A DNA stretch of 64,000 bases from Candidatus Giovannonibacteria bacterium (GTDB lineage Bacteria > Patescibacteriota > Minisyncoccia > UBA11713 > 2-01-FULL-45-33), in the NCBI GenBank assembly GCA_016432405.1, contig CP066687.1:411040-475039 (forward strand), written 5' to 3'. This document shows positions 26,075 to 34,049 of the stretch, piece by piece. The stretch's first letter is position 1; the number at the start of each line of letters is the position of its first letter. The translations under genes were made by a program, and so were the position numbers. Below the pieces are notes generated by a model that was given only the letters and a program-made list of their open reading frames with translations, did not search any database and was not told the origin of the DNA.

Positions 26075-26317
26075 TTATTTGGTAATTATACCACCTTTAA
26101 TCAGTAAACTGCGCGCCGTAGCAGAAAGCTGGGCGCCGTTTATTATCCAGCGCTTAATGCGTTCGCTTTTAAAAAGTGCTTTCTTCGTTTTCGGGCTGTA
26201 AGAGCCGAGCGTCTCCAAATAGCCGCCGCTTTTGGGGCCCCTTTTGGAATCCGTAACCACCAGCCGGAAATTCGGGTCGTTTTTCCTCCCGACGCGCTGT
26301 AAGCGGATAATTAACAT
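26075..26317 (-). CDS. rpsP: 30S ribosomal protein S16
   Basis: 80 aa. MLIIRLQRVGRKNDPNFRLVV is the S16 N-terminus. Confidence 0.9.
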   Translation of the reverse strand: MLIIRLQRVGRKNDPNFRLVVTDSKRGPKSGGYLETLGSYSPKTKKALFKSERIKRWIINGAQLSATARSLLIKGGIITK

Positions 26318-26398
26318 ATAAAAAGAATCCTACACCAAAATAAAAAATCCCGCAAGGGCTTTTATATGTCAATGTGTATTAAAAAAAGCCCGGGAATA

Positions 26399-27277
26399 TC
26401 ATCTCCGGGGCTTAAGAACTTTTTGGCTTTCCTGAACAGCGTCCACGTCGGCTTTGTGGCCGGAGTAGAATGAAATAACCCGCGCCGCGAGGAGCCCAAT
26501 AGGATTAACCACGCTAAGCGCCCCCAAAAGATCTCCTAAACGGTGCAATACCGTGGCGCGCAAGGTTTCGTCAGCCCCGAGTTCCCGCAGCCAAGTTATA
26601 TTTTGGTGATGCGGCCACCAAATCTTAGACGCCAGACGGGAAAGATGATAAGTCCAGTTCGGCCAGCCCAGAGCGCAGGCTTCCAACGCGATTTCCAACA
26701 TCCTTGCGTCAGCGGGAAGATTTAATTCCAACAATTCCGTGCCGATGCCGTGGTAGTGGCAAGTTATGGATATGTCCAGCTCTGGGGATTCCTTGGGCTG
26801 AATTTCGGTGTAGCCAATTTTGGTCTCGCGTTTTATCGGCCGCCCGACGGTAATCCATTCCATCTCGCTTCCCAAATCGGAATGGCAGGCAATTTTTATG
26901 TGCCGCCAGAGTTCGTATGGCCGGCCATAATATGGAGGCCAGGCAGTGGACTGGATTATTATCCGTTCCAGACCCAGCCAGCGCAGAACCCCGATATGCT
27001 CAAAAACTTCCAGCTTAGCCCCGTGATATTCAAGCCGGGTACGCCTGAACTTATGATGAAGCAAATCCGCAGTAATCCTAACAGGCTCCATCCTTGGATC
27101 ATAAAGCCAAAACCAGCCCTTTTTGTCGGTCGGCAAAAACTTAATCCAGGCATCTCTTCCCCAATAATCTTTGCCCCAGACAACAATTTCCCGGCCAAGC
27201 CGGATAGGGTGCAGTTTTCTTTCTTCTATCTCCTCTATCTGCTCAATAATCCAACTTTCTCGCTCTCCGTAAGCCAT
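26399..27277 (-). CDS. Divergent LpxC-like (UDP-3-O-acyl-GlcNAc deacetylase fold) protein, function uncertain
   Basis: 292 aa. The C-terminal DETLRATVLHRLGDLLG...FYSGHKADVD aligns with E. coli LpxC DEFVRHKMLDAIGDLFMCG...YKSGHALNN. FEH is present upstream. The H238/D242 equivalents appear shifted (A...H). Confidence 0.4.
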   Translation of the reverse strand: MAYGERESWIIEQIEEIEERKLHPIRLGREIVVWGKDYWGRDAWIKFLPTDKKGWFWLYDPRMEPVRITADLLHHKFRRTRLEYHGAKLEVFEHIGVLRWLGLERIIIQSTAWPPYYGRPYELWRHIKIACHSDLGSEMEWITVGRPIKRETKIGYTEIQPKESPELDISITCHYHGIGTELLELNLPADARMLEIALEACALGWPNWTYHLSRLASKIWWPHHQNITWLRELGADETLRATVLHRLGDLLGALSVVNPIGLLAARVISFYSGHKADVDAVQESQKVLKPRR

Positions 27278-27346
27278 AAATCTCCCTCCTTTTTGCCAAA
27301 GTAAACTATCAAAAACATATCATTGGAAAAATATTATGTCAAGTAA

Positions 27347-28114
27347 CTATTTTAGATATTTATATTTATTAAGCGCGTGCTCTTCCAATGTCTTGGCGTA
27401 ATGCGTTTTGCCGCCTTTATCCGTAAGGTAATAAAAATATTCGGAGCCAGTCGGACGCAAAGCCGCCAAAATCGCGTCCATCCCGGGGTTGGAAATCGGC
27501 CCGGGCGGCAAACCGCGATAACGGTAGGTATTGTAGGAAGAATCGTATTTTAAGTCCGCCTCCGTCAGCTCGCCGCTCGGTTTGCCCAAAACGTAAGTAA
27601 GCGCGGCGTCAACATTAAGCCCCATGCCAAGCCGAAGCCGCTTCCACAAAATCCCCGCTACTATTTTCCTGTCCGCGGTGCTTTTAACTTCTTCTTCCAA
27701 AAGCGAGGCCATTATTATAATCTGCTCCAAGGTCTTGCCGGAGCTCTTTGCCTCCGCCAAAATCTCGGGGGTTATCTTCTTATTGAAATTATCCCTCATT
27801 TTGGCTATCACCTGCTCCGGCTTCGCGGTTTTGTAAAATCTATAAGTGTCCGGGAACAAATATCCTTCGTGCTTTTGGGCCTCCAAAACAAATTCGTCTT
27901 TTGAAAAAAGCCCCGCTTTCTCAAGCGCTTCCCCTATCTGGCGGACGCTGTATCCTTCCGGAATGGTCACGGCCGCCTCATTGGAAACCATTCTTTCTTT
28001 TTCTTTGTATTTTATGTAAGCCGGAAATTTTCCCAAAAAGAAAATACCCGAAAGGAGAAGGAAGAGCGCGAGGGCCGCGGTTAAAAGTTTTTTAATGTCA
28101 CCGTTTTGAATCAT
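27347..28114 (-). CDS. mltG: Endolytic murein transglycosylase MltG (YceG-like)
   Basis: 255 aa. N-terminal TM and YceG-like core (EGYLFPDTYRF...SIIEKE-like...YNTY...GLPPGPISNPG). Confidence 0.8.
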   Translation of the reverse strand: MIQNGDIKKLLTAALALFLLLSGIFFLGKFPAYIKYKEKERMVSNEAAVTIPEGYSVRQIGEALEKAGLFSKDEFVLEAQKHEGYLFPDTYRFYKTAKPEQVIAKMRDNFNKKITPEILAEAKSSGKTLEQIIIMASLLEEEVKSTADRKIVAGILWKRLRLGMGLNVDAALTYVLGKPSGELTEADLKYDSSYNTYRYRGLPPGPISNPGMDAILAALRPTGSEYFYYLTDKGGKTHYAKTLEEHALNKYKYLK

Positions 28115-28844
28115 TGTCGGAAATTAAAGGCACAAACACAAAACCGGGATGCTCGGTCGCATCAAATTTATGCGCTGTATTAGCGGGCGCGGTTTTATTT
28201 TTTTTAATAAACCCACACACCAAACAGTTTGGTGTGTGGGTAAATTCAAAAATACTGCCGCCGATAGGGGCGACGATTTTGCCGCCGATTTTTAATTGAT
28301 TCCGCCAAGTAGCCGGCAAATGCCCCAAACCCAAATGCCCCAAACCTGGTTTGGGGCTAGCGGAGGCCGCGGCGATTATTTTATCAAAGCCACCTATTTT
28401 TTGAGCAATTTCAGGGAGACCCGGAACGCCGTCCTGGCAATAAAACCTTACCTCCCCCCTCCCTTCCTTATTAAGGAGGGGATTTAAGGGGAGGTTAAAA
28501 AACTCCTCAAAATTTTCTTTTCCGAATTTACAAAGTTCCGGCACCCTTTCAATCGCGTAGACATTTGCGCCTACATAGGCCAAAAGCGCCGTCTGCCAGC
28601 CGGAGCCGTAGCCAACCTCCATAATATTATCCCCGGACTCCGGGTTTAAAAGCTCAAGCATAAAAGCCACCGTCCACGGCTGGGAAATCGTCTGCCCCTC
28701 ACCTATCGCAAGCGGCTCATCAATATATGCGTAATCCTCAAATTCTTTTGGCACAAAATTTTTTCTATCAACTGCCCGGAACGCCTCAATCAGCCGAGGT
28801 GTTTTCAGAACTCCTCTTTTGATTAAATTGTCAGCTAAAGCCAT
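28098..28844 (-). CDS. pcm: Protein-L-isoaspartate O-methyltransferase with in-frame palindromic inserts. Start refined to MALADNLIK.
   Basis: Pcm motifs: SQPWTVAFMLELL, EVGYGSGWQTALLA and C-terminal VFVPL. Contains two palindromes in-frame (28212-28240 and 28337-28355). Confidence 0.75.
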   Translation of the reverse strand: MALADNLIKRGVLKTPRLIEAFRAVDRKNFVPKEFEDYAYIDEPLAIGEGQTISQPWTVAFMLELLNPESGDNIMEVGYGSGWQTALLAYVGANVYAIERVPELCKFGKENFEEFFNLPLNPLLNKEGRGEVRFYCQDGVPGLPEIAQKIGGFDKIIAAASASPKPGLGHLGLGHLPATWRNQLKIGGKIVAPIGGSIFEFTHTPNCLVCGFIKKNKTAPANTAHKFDATEHPGFVFVPLISDNDSKR

Positions 28845-28853
28845 ACCAAATGT

Positions 28854-28870
28854 CCGAAACTTAGTTTCGG
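28854..28870. repeat. REP family C hairpin CCGAAAC-TTAG-TTTCGG
   Basis: Copies at 28854-28870 (between pcm and RAYT3), 29526-29542 (other side of RAYT3) and 29327-29344 (inside RAYT3, in-frame DLNLVSDI). Confidence 0.75.
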
Positions 28871-29517
28871 TCATCTAATGTATAATTATCATTTCTGGCG
28901 GTTTCAATAAAACGTCTCACCTCTCTTCTATCAGAATCAAAATAATTGAGCAGGAAATCTGTCTTCAACAACTCCCCCCACCTGTTTTCGCCTATGTAAT
29001 CCTGGAAGCTGGACCAAGGATATTTATGCTCCCGTCTTTTCCAACCCTTGATATCTTTGGGATTAAGATGCGCATATGCCAGTGCTCGCAACAAATAATT
29101 ATCGCCGTTTAAATATTTAGCATCAAAAGTTCTTTCAAAAACATGCCCGCGTCTTTTATACTTCAAATTAAAGTATTTTGCATAGCTAACAAGTAGTTTG
29201 TGCATAAATAAAGAAACGTTGCCGTCTTCTTTTTCACGCAAAATTAAATGAAAGTGATTCGGCATAAAACAAAAGCCGACTATATCTATTAAATTATCTC
29301 CGATATCTATCTTTCTATTCCTTATGTCCGAAACTAAGTTTAGGTCAGGAAAGCGGTCCAGGTGTGAAATATCGCGTTTTCCATTAGCCGCAAATAAAGT
29401 AGTTAAAAATCGTTTGTAGTCGCGGTCGGTACCAAACAAAGCCACATCGCCAATGGCGTGAGAATAAACATGATAATGTTCCCCTTCCGTAAAAGCGTAC
29501 TTACGCATAATGCTCAT
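28861..29517 (-). CDS. REP-associated tyrosine transposase (RAYT), copy 3
   Basis: 218 aa. HuH motif PNHFHLIL. N-terminal EGEHYHVYSH and catalytic region YAHLNP. Flanked by REP-C hairpins. Confidence 0.75.
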   Translation of the reverse strand: MSIMRKYAFTEGEHYHVYSHAIGDVALFGTDRDYKRFLTTLFAANGKRDISHLDRFPDLNLVSDIRNRKIDIGDNLIDIVGFCFMPNHFHLILREKEDGNVSLFMHKLLVSYAKYFNLKYKRRGHVFERTFDAKYLNGDNYLLRALAYAHLNPKDIKGWKRREHKYPWSSFQDYIGENRWGELLKTDFLLNYFDSDRREVRRFIETARNDNYTLDDRN

Positions 29518-29613
29518 ATTATTGTCTGAAACTTAGTTTCGGTCAAGTTTCAATTAAATCATCCACAGGCGCCTATTTTCAATGTTAACACCCCGTGGTA
29601 AAATTAGAATAAC

Positions 29614-29865
29614 GTGGAGATTCAAGATGTTAAAACAAAACTGGTTTTGGCGGCCATCCTGCTTGTAGCAGTCGCGGCCGGAGCTTGGTATTGGTTTGCG
29701 GGAAGGCCCAAGCCGATTAAAACCCCTGAAGATATTGTTGAGGCAGTGACGAACCCGAATCTGGAGGTGCCCTCAAATCCGGTTCAAAATAAAGTGCCGG
29801 AGCTAAATCCGATTGACCGGGCAAACCCATTTAAAGACGCTTATAAGAATCCTTTCGCGGAGTAA
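29614..29865 (+). CDS. Small single-TM protein (hypothetical)
   Basis: 83 aa. TM LVLAAILLVAVAAGAWYWFA, then a Pro/Asn-rich tail. Immediately upstream of the Cys-rich secreted protein. Confidence 0.35.
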   Translation: MEIQDVKTKLVLAAILLVAVAAGAWYWFAGRPKPIKTPEDIVEAVTNPNLEVPSNPVQNKVPELNPIDRANPFKDAYKNPFAE

Positions 29866-29873
29866 AATAAAAT

Positions 29874-31853
29874 ATGAAAAAAGCGATAATTTTGGCAGGA
29901 TTATTAATCGCCGCGATGCAGGTAAGCGCCGGCGGCGGCAATGCTTCCTTTTCGCTCCAAAAAGACAAGAGCACCGACCTTTTTATATTGAATATGCGCG
30001 ACTCCCAAGGCATCCGCAGTTTCGCCCTTGTTTTCCCGACAGACAAGCTCCCCTACAGCGGCGATCTGAACGGGTGCCCCCAAAGCCGCAAAATAGACAA
30101 TGTTTTGATAAACGAAATCTCCGATTTTAAGCCGATGATGAAAGCGGTAATCGTTGACTGCCGCGGAGAGGAAACGGAATTTGAAATAACCGCGCCGGTA
30201 GGCGGAGTGGCCCAGGTTAAAAAAGTTGAGCCGCCTCCACCCCCGCCGCCTCCGCCACCGCCTCCGCCGCCTTCTCCCCTCCCGACGCCCGCCGAAGGCG
30301 GGGTCGGGACTCCGACTACAGAAGTTTCTAAAACAAACGTTGGAGCAGCCACGCCGGCAACTTTAGAATACCCGATTAAAGAACTTGGCGGGTGCGAGAG
30401 TCAGGAGGCCTGCAAAACTTATTGCGACGCCCCGGCGAACCTTGAGCGCTGCATCGCCTTCGCCGAAACAAACGGGCTTTTAACGAAAAGTGAAATTGAA
30501 CGCGGCAAAAAATTCGCCGCGATAGTCAAATCCGGCGGCGGGCCAGGAGGATGCAAAACCGAGGCATCCTGCAAGGATTACTGCAACGACGTGGGGCGGC
30601 TTGACGAGTGCGTCGCTTTCGCGGAAAATAGCGGCCTGGTTTCCGGCGCGGAGCTGGAAGAGATGAAAAAAATTCAAAACGTCGTTAAGCGCGGGACTAA
30701 ATTCCCCGGCAACTGCACCAACCGCGCCGCCTGCGAGCTTTACTGCAAGACACCGGAGCACGCGGACGAATGCGTTGCTTTCGCCAAAGAAGCCGGATTC
30801 ATGAGCGAAGAGGAATCCAGAGAAATGGAGAAAATTCTTCCCTTAATGAGAAGCGGCCAGATGCCCGGCGGATGCACATCAAAAGAATTATGCGAGGCGT
30901 ACTGCGAAGACGAGGGGCATTTTGACGAATGCGTCGCTTTCGCCCAAAAGGCGGGATTGGTGTCAGAAAAAGAGCTTGAGATAATGCGAAAAACCGGCGG
31001 CAAGGGCCCGGGCGGCTGCCGCGGAAGGGCATGCCAGACGTTTTGCGAAAATCCGGCAAACCAGCAGGCCTGTTTTGAATTCGGCAAACAGTACGGCCTT
31101 ATCTCGGAAGAGGACTTAAGCAGAATGGAAGAAGGTAAGCGGCTCATCCGCGAACAGCTTGAAAGCGGGCCTCCGGAAGTTCAGGAATGCCTTAAGTCGG
31201 TGGTGGACGTGACCGTTTTAGAATCAGAGGGTTTCGCGGGCGGGCCGGAATTGGGCGAAAAGATGAAAGAGTGTTTCGAAAAAATGATTCCAGAAGGCAT
31301 GGAAGGGAAATTTGAGTTTGGCGCAAACGGAGAATTTAAAGGCCCGGGCGATTGCAAGTCGCGCGAGGAGTGCGAGACATATTGCACATCAAATCCGGAA
31401 GCATGCGGCGAGAGCGGTGACCGCGGCGGCGAGGAATGTGTAAAACAAGGGGGCAGTTGGAACGGCGAAACTTGTAATTTCCCCGGCAGTGATCGCGGCA
31501 CAGAAGAATGCGCCAAGCAGGGAGGAACCTGGGACGGAACAAATTGTAATTACCCCCACATTGAACGCGGCGGCGAGGAATGTGTAAAACAAGGGGGCAG
31601 TTGGGACGGGGCGAACTGCGATTTTTCTAACTCACAGCGACCCCCGCAACAGCCGCCATCACAAGAGCAATACCAGCAACAATATCAACAGCAATACCAA
31701 CAGCAGTATCAGGAAGAGGTTCGGAAGCAATGCGAATCCCAGGGCGGAGTTTGGGACGGCGCTCAATGCAAAGCCCCCACAAATTTCCAGCAACCGCCAG
31801 CGGAACTCTCGCCCGGCTCGGCGCTGGACGCTCTGTTGCGGCTGGTCAGGTAA
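29874..31853 (+). CDS. Secreted modular cysteine-rich repeat protein (novel)
   Basis: 659 aa. Signal peptide MKKAIILAGLLIAAMQVSA. A 14-residue poly-Pro run. Five modules of about 46 aa (GGC-x5-C-x2-YC-x8-EC-x-AFA-x3-GL-S-x2-E). Four EC-x-KQGG-x-W(D/N)G-x-NC modules. A QQYQ x4 tail. Confidence 0.7.
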   Translation: MKKAIILAGLLIAAMQVSAGGGNASFSLQKDKSTDLFILNMRDSQGIRSFALVFPTDKLPYSGDLNGCPQSRKIDNVLINEISDFKPMMKAVIVDCRGEETEFEITAPVGGVAQVKKVEPPPPPPPPPPPPPPSPLPTPAEGGVGTPTTEVSKTNVGAATPATLEYPIKELGGCESQEACKTYCDAPANLERCIAFAETNGLLTKSEIERGKKFAAIVKSGGGPGGCKTEASCKDYCNDVGRLDECVAFAENSGLVSGAELEEMKKIQNVVKRGTKFPGNCTNRAACELYCKTPEHADECVAFAKEAGFMSEEESREMEKILPLMRSGQMPGGCTSKELCEAYCEDEGHFDECVAFAQKAGLVSEKELEIMRKTGGKGPGGCRGRACQTFCENPANQQACFEFGKQYGLISEEDLSRMEEGKRLIREQLESGPPEVQECLKSVVDVTVLESEGFAGGPELGEKMKECFEKMIPEGMEGKFEFGANGEFKGPGDCKSREECETYCTSNPEACGESGDRGGEECVKQGGSWNGETCNFPGSDRGTEECAKQGGTWDGTNCNYPHIERGGEECVKQGGSWDGANCDFSNSQRPPQQPPSQEQYQQQYQQQYQQQYQEEVRKQCESQGGVWDGAQCKAPTNFQQPPAELSPGSALDALLRLVR

Positions 31854-31870
31854 TCTGTTAAAATGCTTCT

Positions 31871-32029
31871 ATGTCTCAAGACAATCTGATAAAATTGCAG
31901 TGCCAAAGCTGCAAAAGAATCGGCTATTGGTCAAGCAAAAATAAGAAAACAGTGGAACGCAAAATTGAGCTAAGTAAGTTCTGCAAATGGTGTCGGAAAC
32001 ATACCACACACAAAGAAGGTAAAAAGTAA
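31871..32029 (+). CDS. rpmG: 50S ribosomal protein L33
   Basis: 52 aa MSQDNLIKLQCQSCKRIGYWSSKNKKTVERKIELSKFCKWCRKHTTHKEGKK. Four Cys zinc ribbon plus the HTxHKE tail typical of L33. Not in the ORF track because it is under 60 aa. Confidence 0.8.
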   Translation: MSQDNLIKLQCQSCKRIGYWSSKNKKTVERKIELSKFCKWCRKHTTHKEGKK

Positions 32030-32033
32030 GCAA

Positions 32034-32120
32034 CCCCGACGCCTAGAAGGGTCGGGGCTCCGACCGAAGCGTCGGAGATGGTGCAGAAAGCATACGGAGC
32101 ACAAAGAAGGGAAAAAATAA
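32034..32120 (+). repeat. Two GTCGG(G/A)GCTCCGAC-type hairpins (REP family F), followed by a degenerate duplicate of the rpmG 3' end
   Basis: CCCCGAC-GCCTAGAAG-GGTCGGGG and CTCCGAC-CGAAGC-GTCGGAG at 32034-32077. Then ATGGTGCAGAAAGCATACGGAGCACAAAGAAGGGAAAAAATAA at 32078-32120, which aligns to the last about 42 nt of rpmG. Confidence 0.7.
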
Positions 32121-32135
32121 ATTGTCTACTTACAT

Positions 32136-32921
32136 CTAGTTCTGTTCGATTAGTAGTACACGAATAGGTATGCCGAGTGTATTGGTAGTTTTATTAAATA
32201 TTGCCGTCACAAAAACTTTTAGTTGAGAACTCAAACCTTGCCTAGACCAAGCACGGGCATAAGCTACACAATTTGGCTCCAAAACAACATCTTTAAAACC
32301 AGGCAAGCTTCCAAATCCCTCAATCAAATCTCTATTAATAGCCAACACACGTCCCTCACGAAGAATAATCACCTTATTACTCCCTTCGTAAGCAATACAA
32401 ATATTTTCCGTTTGATTTGGGGCATTAGCACCCATTTTAATTTCAAGAGACTTTAATAAACCTAGACCCTTATCAGAAACCAAAAAAGACAACGATCTAG
32501 GTTGCCCCCCTCCGATAACTAAGGGGATTGAAGGGAAAATATATACAGAGTAGATAATAATCCAAATTATTAAAAACAAAAATACAAATTCCAACCACAA
32601 CGATTTAAACATTCGTTCTCCTATTTTTTTAAAAAACAAACCAAAATCATTGGCATGACAATAAATATTGATAAAAAAATAACTCAGAAGCTTTCCTAAT
32701 ACTTTTAAAATAGAGAAAAGAATTATAGTTAGGAAAAAGAAAAAAAATCCAGTTATAATAAATCTTGCTTTAATAATTTCGTCTTCAATAAAACCCAGAG
32801 TATAAAGGTAAACATTCCAAATCACGAAACCAAATACTAAAAGTGTTATCGATATGATAGAGAAATAAAGTACCAAGTTTTTACTTTCAAGTATTTTAAC
32901 TATTAAATTAAAAACTCTCAT
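32136..32921 (-). CDS. Polytopic membrane protein in a low-GC gene (hypothetical, probably acquired)
   Basis: 261 aa. Several TM helices, then a soluble C-terminal domain. About 30% GC versus about 50% background. Its start codon abuts the 3' end of tRNA-Trp. Confidence 0.55.
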   Translation of the reverse strand: MRVFNLIVKILESKNLVLYFSIISITLLVFGFVIWNVYLYTLGFIEDEIIKARFIITGFFFFFLTIILFSILKVLGKLLSYFFINIYCHANDFGLFFKKIGERMFKSLWLEFVFLFLIIWIIIYSVYIFPSIPLVIGGGQPRSLSFLVSDKGLGLLKSLEIKMGANAPNQTENICIAYEGSNKVIILREGRVLAINRDLIEGFGSLPGFKDVVLEPNCVAYARAWSRQGLSSQLKVFVTAIFNKTTNTLGIPIRVLLIEQN

Positions 32922-32994
32922 GGCGGGAGATGAGGGAATCGAACCCCCGATAGCGGTTTTGGAGACCGCAGTTATGCCACTTAACTAATCTCCC
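32921..32994 (-). tRNA. tRNA-Trp (anticodon CCA)
   Basis: The reverse complement folds as a cloverleaf. Acceptor GGGAGAT/ATCTCCC. Anticodon stem GCGGT/ACCGC with loop CTCCAAA. T-loop GGTTCGATTCC. 3' GCCA encoded. Confidence 0.8.
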
Positions 32995-33080
32995 ATCAAA
33001 AAGATTATAACAAAAAATAAGAAACCCGGCTAGAGGCCGGGGATTTTTATTTGATTGAATATCGGTTAAAATTAGTATTT

Positions 33081-34049
33081 ATGAATAAGGCGGTCAAAAT
33101 TACGCTTTTGATTGCCGCGATCGCGGCTCTTGTTTACGCCTTCCGTGGGCAGATTCAAGAAAAAATCAGCGGAAAAATTGAGCTTCCGCTGGCGAATTTT
33201 GAGCTGCCGTTCTCCGCCCCCCTCTCCCCTTGCCAAAAACCGATTGCTTACGGCTTGGGAGCATTTGACGAAAAATTCGGCCTTACCCAAAAAGATTTTT
33301 TGGACGCCGTATCCAAATCCGAAGACGTCTGGGAGCGCCCGATGGCGCTGGAGCTTTTTTCTTACAAGCCGGGCGGAGCGCTTAAAATAAATCTCATCTA
33401 TGACTACCGCCAGGACGCGACTTTGAAACTCCAAAAACTGGGAATCGCGGTTAAAGACACGAAGTCCTCCTACGAAACGGTTAAAGCGCAGTACGAAGCA
33501 ATGAAAGTTTCTTACGGAACCCTTAAAACGGCGTACGAAAAGCGCTTTGCCGAGTTTGAAGCGCGCCAAGAGGATTACAACGCCGAAGTGGCATCATGGA
33601 ACCGGCGCGGAGGCGCGCCTAAAGATGTCTACGACCGCCTGACGGCGGAAAAAAACGCGCTTGACCAGGAATTTTCAAAAATAAAAGCGCTGGAAGCAGA
33701 GCTCAACGCAAAAGTAGACGACATAAACGCCTTTGTCGTCGTGCTGAATAGATTGGCGCAGACGCTCAACCTCAACGTCGCAAAATACAACGAAATCGGC
33801 GGCAGCGCCGGGCGAGAGTTTGAAGAAGGAACCTACCGGAGCGGCTCCGGGGGCGAGCAAATAGACATTTACCAGTTTGACAGCCGGCAAAAATTGGTAA
33901 GGGTGCTGGCGCACGAGCTTGGGCACGCGTTGGGGCTGGAGCATCTGGAAAACTCCAAAGCGATAATGTACCGCCTAAACAGCGGGGCAAACGAAACCGC
34001 AACCCCCGACGACCTTGCGGCGCTGAAGGCGCTCTGCGAGATAAAATAA
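33081..34049 (+). CDS. Membrane-anchored metzincin (matrixin-like) zinc metalloprotease. Start refined to MNKAVKI.
   Basis: HELGHALGLEH (HExxHxxGxxH) followed by the Met-turn SKAIMY. N-terminal TM and a long coiled-coil region. Confidence 0.6.
   Translation: MNKAVKITLLIAAIAALVYAFRGQIQEKISGKIELPLANFELPFSAPLSPCQKPIAYGLGAFDEKFGLTQKDFLDAVSKSEDVWERPMALELFSYKPGGALKINLIYDYRQDATLKLQKLGIAVKDTKSSYETVKAQYEAMKVSYGTLKTAYEKRFAEFEARQEDYNAEVASWNRRGGAPKDVYDRLTAEKNALDQEFSKIKALEAELNAKVDDINAFVVVLNRLAQTLNLNVAKYNEIGGSAGREFEEGTYRSGSGGEQIDIYQFDSRQKLVRVLAHELGHALGLEHLENSKAIMYRLNSGANETATPDDLAALKALCEIK

Noticed and set aside
33027-33055. Hairpin CCCGGC-TAGAG-GCCGGG followed by a T-run, as a terminator
   Set aside because: No upstream gene on the plus strand and no appropriate minus-strand gene (it lies 5' of tRNA-Trp). 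It may be a processing or regulatory hairpin, but the support is insufficient to call a terminator.
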